From positions 1 through 39,810 of the forward strand of contig NW_021835492.1 in assembly GCF_006345805.1 (NCBI RefSeq): a DNA stretch of 39,810 nt. The letters run 5' to 3'. Positions 35,051-39,810 of the stretch are shown here, piece by piece (the stretch's first letter is position 1; the number at the start of each line of letters is the position of its first letter). The notes beneath the pieces were generated by a model that was not told the origin of the DNA, ran no database searches, and saw only the letters and a program-made list of their open reading frames with translations. The translations under genes and the position numbers were made by a program. Origin of the DNA: Octopus sinensis (lineage: Eukaryota).

Positions 35051-35330
35051 TTAAAAATTAATTTATTTTGCGCCAGTTTTATAATTAAACAATTTTTTGA
35101 CAATATTAGTTTTTATTTTAATATTATTTGTTTTTAATCTTCAAAATTTAATTAAAAGCAATCTGATGTTAAATCTCTCCAAAACGAGTATATGTACTGA
35201 CATTTTCCTTAGTACTTTTAAAAATATAAAATACATATAATCTAAACTAGATATGATTTATGCTCAATAAATTTAATATTTATTTTAATAAATTATTATG
35301 CAATTAATCATCACTCTTACGTTGTGGTAA

Positions 35331-35683
35331 ATGCCAAGCGGAAAATCGAAAATATCCATAAAATACATAGAAGATAAAGTCCGCCGACGCCAGTCACTGA
35401 CAAAAAGAAAACAAGGACTAATGAAAAAAGTGTTTTTAATTTGTGGGGAATGTAGGCTTATGAACTGAATGTCCTCACTCGGAGTGAAGTAGCCATCGTA
35501 ATAGTTTCCCCCAACCATAAGGTCTACGTGTTTGCCACAGAAATGCTGGATTCCTTCGTGAGTCCGGATAATGGGCCCAATCCATTAATGGACTATTTGC
35601 TCACAAAATATAATCTGGACTACTCCAGCATTATGCGTGAGGACACATCCAAATACTCTGAGGACGACCCGGAAATACTTTGA
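35331..35683 (+). CDS. SRF-like MADS-box factor, second copy (intron 35430-35455)
   Basis: No differences from 3341-3693 seen. Confidence 0.9.
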
Positions 35684-35834
35684 ATCATATATTAATACGT
35701 CTTTTTAATGTCGGATTTATGTGGTTTATTATCATATCTACACGCCTTTCATGTCTCCCTCCTTAGTTTATAATTGTGTGTAGATACACTGCATGAATGT
35801 GTTAATTTATAAAAATAATGAGCTAAAAATCGTT

Positions 35835-37217
35835 CTAAAAGTGACTTTCGAACAACTCAGGGCGGAGACCTCTAAGCCAGTCGGCCATTCTGTGAATAAT
35901 AGCAAACAACAAACATGGCCTTTCCACACTCATTGGTCACCAAGTCAGGAAGAATGAACTGGTCATAGAAAGATGAGACTTGTCCCTGGTTATATAATTG
36001 GTAATCACACCTCAAATTCAGTCCAATCAAGTTGTGGCAGTCCATGTTCTTCCCTTCTCTGATTATAGGCAGTGTAATTGACCTACAAACGTGGACAGGA
36101 CAACCAACACTGTCCAACAACAGTCCATAACTGGGGGCAATGGGGGCGAACACCTCCAATATACAAACTACAGTACTTTCCTCAGCATGAACAACTGCCC
36201 CAAATATGGTGGCCCAATCAGCCCTCTGCACAGGGAAATGACCACGCCTACAATAACATGACAAATCACCAATCATCTTCCTTATTTGGTGCAACAAAAA
36301 ACTCTGTCCAACAATACGAACAGGCACGAATTGAATAGTCCCCGAGTCCCCCGGAAGGGACAGAGGAGGACACACCTCGACCGAGAAAATATGTCGGTGG
36401 TTGGTGGCCATCCTCATTTCCCTACAGTCAGCACACTCTCCTACGTCCGGGCAGTAAAGTTGTGGAAATTGTGAGTGCCTCTGAAAGCCTGCAGATACTC
36501 GTCCGCCTGCATCAGCTGGGCCTCTGAGGACTCAGGAGTGGGCTAAACCTGAAATGGCAAAGTTTCTCCACTCGAACTGGAACATTGACACAAATGGGAT
36601 ACCAGGTCGGCCACTAGGGCAAAGGACGGGATATGGTATATATATGTTCTTGAACTACACAGGGTACGACTGCTGAAAGCTTTGGACACTTTTTGGGCAC
36701 CTGGGAAATTTAAATTATATTTATTTTATATTTTGTCAATAATTAATAATAGATATTACAAATAACACGAATGTCAGGTGGGAGAACTGCATTTATGTCA
36801 TCAATTTTGTTTTCGACGTGTGAAGTCAGCTATTTTCACCACTAATAACAATACTTTTAACGAGACCATATTCCTCAGGGCAGACACCCCCTTGTCTGTA
36901 CGGGCAGCCCTCTGGAACTTCAACTACGAGTAATTAAAGCCTCCAGACTTTGTCGAGGTTATCAATGTTGATCACATTTACTTGTAGAAGTGCGTCTATA
37001 AGCTCACCCTCTATAGTTCTGACACCCACCATCCTATCGTAGGTTTACTGAATAAGTACTTTTGCATTCCGTAATAATTGGATCCGTTGTAGCAGAGCAC
37101 CAGTCCGTATTTTTTCTTATTTAATTGCCACAACTATTTTTGTTATTTTTAATATTGGACTATTCTATTGGAGGTTTTCGGCTTGGGTGACTCATGTTGA
37201 GTGTCCACGGAGTCCAT
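35835..37217 (-). CDS. PUS1: PUS1-like pseudouridine synthase, second copy
   Basis: No differences from 3845-5227 seen (offset 31990). Confidence 0.88.
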
Positions 37218-37501
37218 TTAACACGACCACACGAACGCACGAGATTGATAGTTTATTTAATAATTCGACTTTTAAGATGTTATATTTTTGAATACTTTCC
37301 TATTATTTAAATAAATTTGTTCTATTAAAATTTATAGTTAATTGAAACGTTTTAGAATAAAAATGGATCATATCAATATTATAGTGTGAGAAATCATTAT
37401 AAACGTAGTTGTATTAAAAATAGCCATATCCAATTATGTTGAATTGATTCTTCGATGATGATGGAAATTAAAAGCAAAAAATATGACAAAAATAATTTTG
37501 T

Positions 37502-38146
37502 ATGGCAAAAGATGATGTATTGCAACTTAAAACAAACAATTTCAAAATTTATGTTATGGGAAGTAAAATGGTGGGGAAAACGGCTCTAATTTCGAATTAT
37601 TTGTGGAATAGAAAACTAAATGGATATGTCCCCACCATCGGCGACACATACGAGGCAAAACTGGAGAACATAACTTTTAAACTCGTTGACACTGCCGGGA
37701 CTTTGTTGTGTCCGATGATGATGAAGATCGCAATAATGGAGGCTGATGTCATCATTCTTGTTTATAAAAACGACGACGAAATGTCTTTCAAAAAAGTGAA
37801 CGACATTTTTAACCAAGTCTTATCGTTGAGAAATAGCTATCCTCCCTTCACAGTTTTTTTAGCCAATCAGTTCGAATATAACATAAATAAAATAAAAACG
37901 GAATCCCACTTTTCCACCGTCATTTATAAGTTCTCGGTGATGGACGACACATTAGTCACTATTTTTTTCAAAGAACTGTTGCTCGGGTACTTAAAACCTG
38001 CTAGTTTCAATAACAAATTTTGCAATTTACGGAAGGCGTCCCAACCATCAAACAATCTGAACAGCAGATTGTATATCAATGCTCGAGGCCGTTCTAATTT
38101 TTTAAAAATATATTTTCCACAAAAAAAACATGAACGATCAGGTTGA
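37502..38146 (+). CDS. Divergent Ras-family GTPase paralogue A, intact copy, 214 aa
   Basis: Open ORF with G1-G3 motifs; G4 NQFE; no CAAX. Confidence 0.88.
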   Translation: MAKDDVLQLKTNNFKIYVMGSKMVGKTALISNYLWNRKLNGYVPTIGDTYEAKLENITFKLVDTAGTLLCPMMMKIAIMEADVIILVYKNDDEMSFKKVNDIFNQVLSLRNSYPPFTVFLANQFEYNINKIKTESHFSTVIYKFSVMDDTLVTIFFKELLLGYLKPASFNNKFCNLRKASQPSNNLNSRLYINARGRSNFLKIYFPQKKHERSG

Positions 38147-38734
38147 TTCTTAATAATTACTAACATTAATTACTAACATTTCTGGAACTATTTCTCAATT
38201 TTCACTGCTATTTTTAATATCTATGTTGATTTAATGAATGAAAGAGGTCGTTTAGATACGTTCTAGAATATGGTTTATGACGGGTGTTTCGAGATGCGGC
38301 CTCACTAGTCTAGGCTGCTACGAAACGTGTTATATTAAAATGTTGAAACTGTGGTCTCCTCGTGCCTCGTTTCCCAATTTTAATACCAAACAAATTATTA
38401 ATAACAAATTTTTTGATAATTTAACGATCCCGTTACACATATTTTGAAACTTCCACCAATCTGTCTTTGAGTAATTAAAAACGTGTTTTAATTTTCCTCA
38501 AAACGTATTTCTCATGCAAATTAAAAAAGATAGACATTCCATGACTTATTTGCCCCACTGTATTTCAACTTCTTTCAAAGTGTATTTCTGGGATTTTGTT
38601 GAGCAGTTTTGACGATTTAAGCACTAAAAATCGTTAAATTGTGTATTTATTATAAATAGCCTCATCTAATTATTCGAGATTGATTCTTCGGCAAAAATCG
38701 AAATAAAGTTAAAAATACCGACAAAAATGGTTTT

Positions 38735-39373
38735 ATGACAAGCAACGGGGTGTTACAACTTAAATCAAACAATTTCAAAATATATGTAATGGGTAACCAA
38801 ATGGTTGGGAAAACATCTTTAATTTCGAATTATTTATGGAACAAACAATTGAATGCATATATGGCGACTATCGGCGACACATACGAGGCAAAACTCGAAA
38901 ATATAACTTTCAAATTGGTCGACACTGCTGGTGCTCTATTGAGCCCGATGATGTTGAAGATTGCAATAATGGAGGCTGATGTGATCATTCTCGTTTACAG
39001 GAATGGCGATGAGTCGTCTTTAAAGAAAGTGAATGAAATATTTAGTCGTGTCTTATTATTGAGAAACGTTTATCCCCCCTTTACGGTCTTTATTGCCAAT
39101 CAGTTCGAAAATGACGCACACAAAATAAAAACAGAGTCATATTGTTCCACTCTCGTTTACAAATTTTCTGTGATGAACAACAAACTGGTCAGAATTTTTT
39201 TTAGAGAAATGTTGTTTGAATATTTAAAGCCCAATACTTTAAGTAAACAATTTTACAATCTACGAAAAGCGTCTCAACCTTCGAAAAATCTCAGTAAAAG
39301 ATTTAGCGTTAATGCTGAATCCAAAAAACTTACCACAATATTTAGAAAAATGTTCAGGTATAAAAAGGCCTAA
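38735..39373 (+). CDS. Divergent Ras-family GTPase paralogue B, second copy, 212 aa
   Basis: Differs from 8388-9026 by one I>M change. Confidence 0.88.
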   Translation: MTSNGVLQLKSNNFKIYVMGNQMVGKTSLISNYLWNKQLNAYMATIGDTYEAKLENITFKLVDTAGALLSPMMLKIAIMEADVIILVYRNGDESSLKKVNEIFSRVLLLRNVYPPFTVFIANQFENDAHKIKTESYCSTLVYKFSVMNNKLVRIFFREMLFEYLKPNTLSKQFYNLRKASQPSKNLSKRFSVNAESKKLTTIFRKMFRYKKA

Positions 39374-39810
39374 ATACGTGGTTTATTACTAACAGACTTA
39401 AATTACTAACCGTTCTAAAATATGCTCAAATTTTTCATTTTTTAGAATTCTAAATTTGACTTGAAAATGTTTTTTGTTATGTTTTTATTGTATTGAATAC
39501 AATTAATAACAATTTGGATATATTCATCATGTAATTATTATTTGTTTATGCTCATTTTCTGACAATTTAATGGAGAAGCGTGAACAAAAATATATTTGTT
39601 GTCTTTTAAAATGGACTATGAAAATGAATTCTTGATAATTCGATTAAATAAGTATCATAAAACTTGTGTTCAAAAATTTAAGTTTTACATGATATTTCTG
39701 CAGCCTTACCATGCTGCATCAAGTAGCCTTGCTTCTGTGACTAATTTCTGCTCATTTTTAAATGATTTTTCCGCATTCCTTTCAAGTTCAGCGTCTTAAA
39801 AAAGCATCGA

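Larger units (their letters stand above)
31991..39810 (+). repeat. Copy 2 of the long direct repeat; lacks the pogo insertion and runs off the window end
   Basis: Matches 1-6227 and 7871-9463 at roughly 99.8-99.9% by eye. Confidence 0.98.

Noticed and set aside
1-39810. rRNA, tRNA or other structured RNA genes
   Set aside because: None recognised by eye; a covariance-model scan would be needed to exclude small RNAs.

Overview
Eukaryotic, not prokaryotic, DNA from a compact animal-like genome using the standard code. Host genes are broken by many tiny spliceosomal introns (mostly 21-28 nt), which is why the ORF track is fragmented; this points to a reduced lineage such as a myxozoan or dicyemid (inference). 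Genes reconstructed by hand: kinesin-5 (14 introns, 822 aa), a 108-aa SRF-like MADS-box factor missing from the ORF track, PUS1, two intronless divergent Ras-family paralogues, a 10-kb VPS13A/C-like gene, inositol monophosphatase, a degenerate Myt1/Wee1-like kinase and farnesyltransferase beta. AT-rich spacers carry two pogo/Tigger remnants, a Helitron 3' remnant, an intron-containing Ginger-type integrase remnant, an orphan hAT end, a near-intact 2.2-kb Buster/hAT element and a LINE 3' fragment. Positions 1-9463 recur almost identically at 31991-39810 (period 31,990 bp); the copies differ by about nine SNPs, a few small indels and a 1,641-bp pogo insertion. Repeated single-base losses in homopolymers suggest long-read consensus errors, so frameshifts should not be read as pseudogenes. 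All splice models and family calls are by eye, without database searches.
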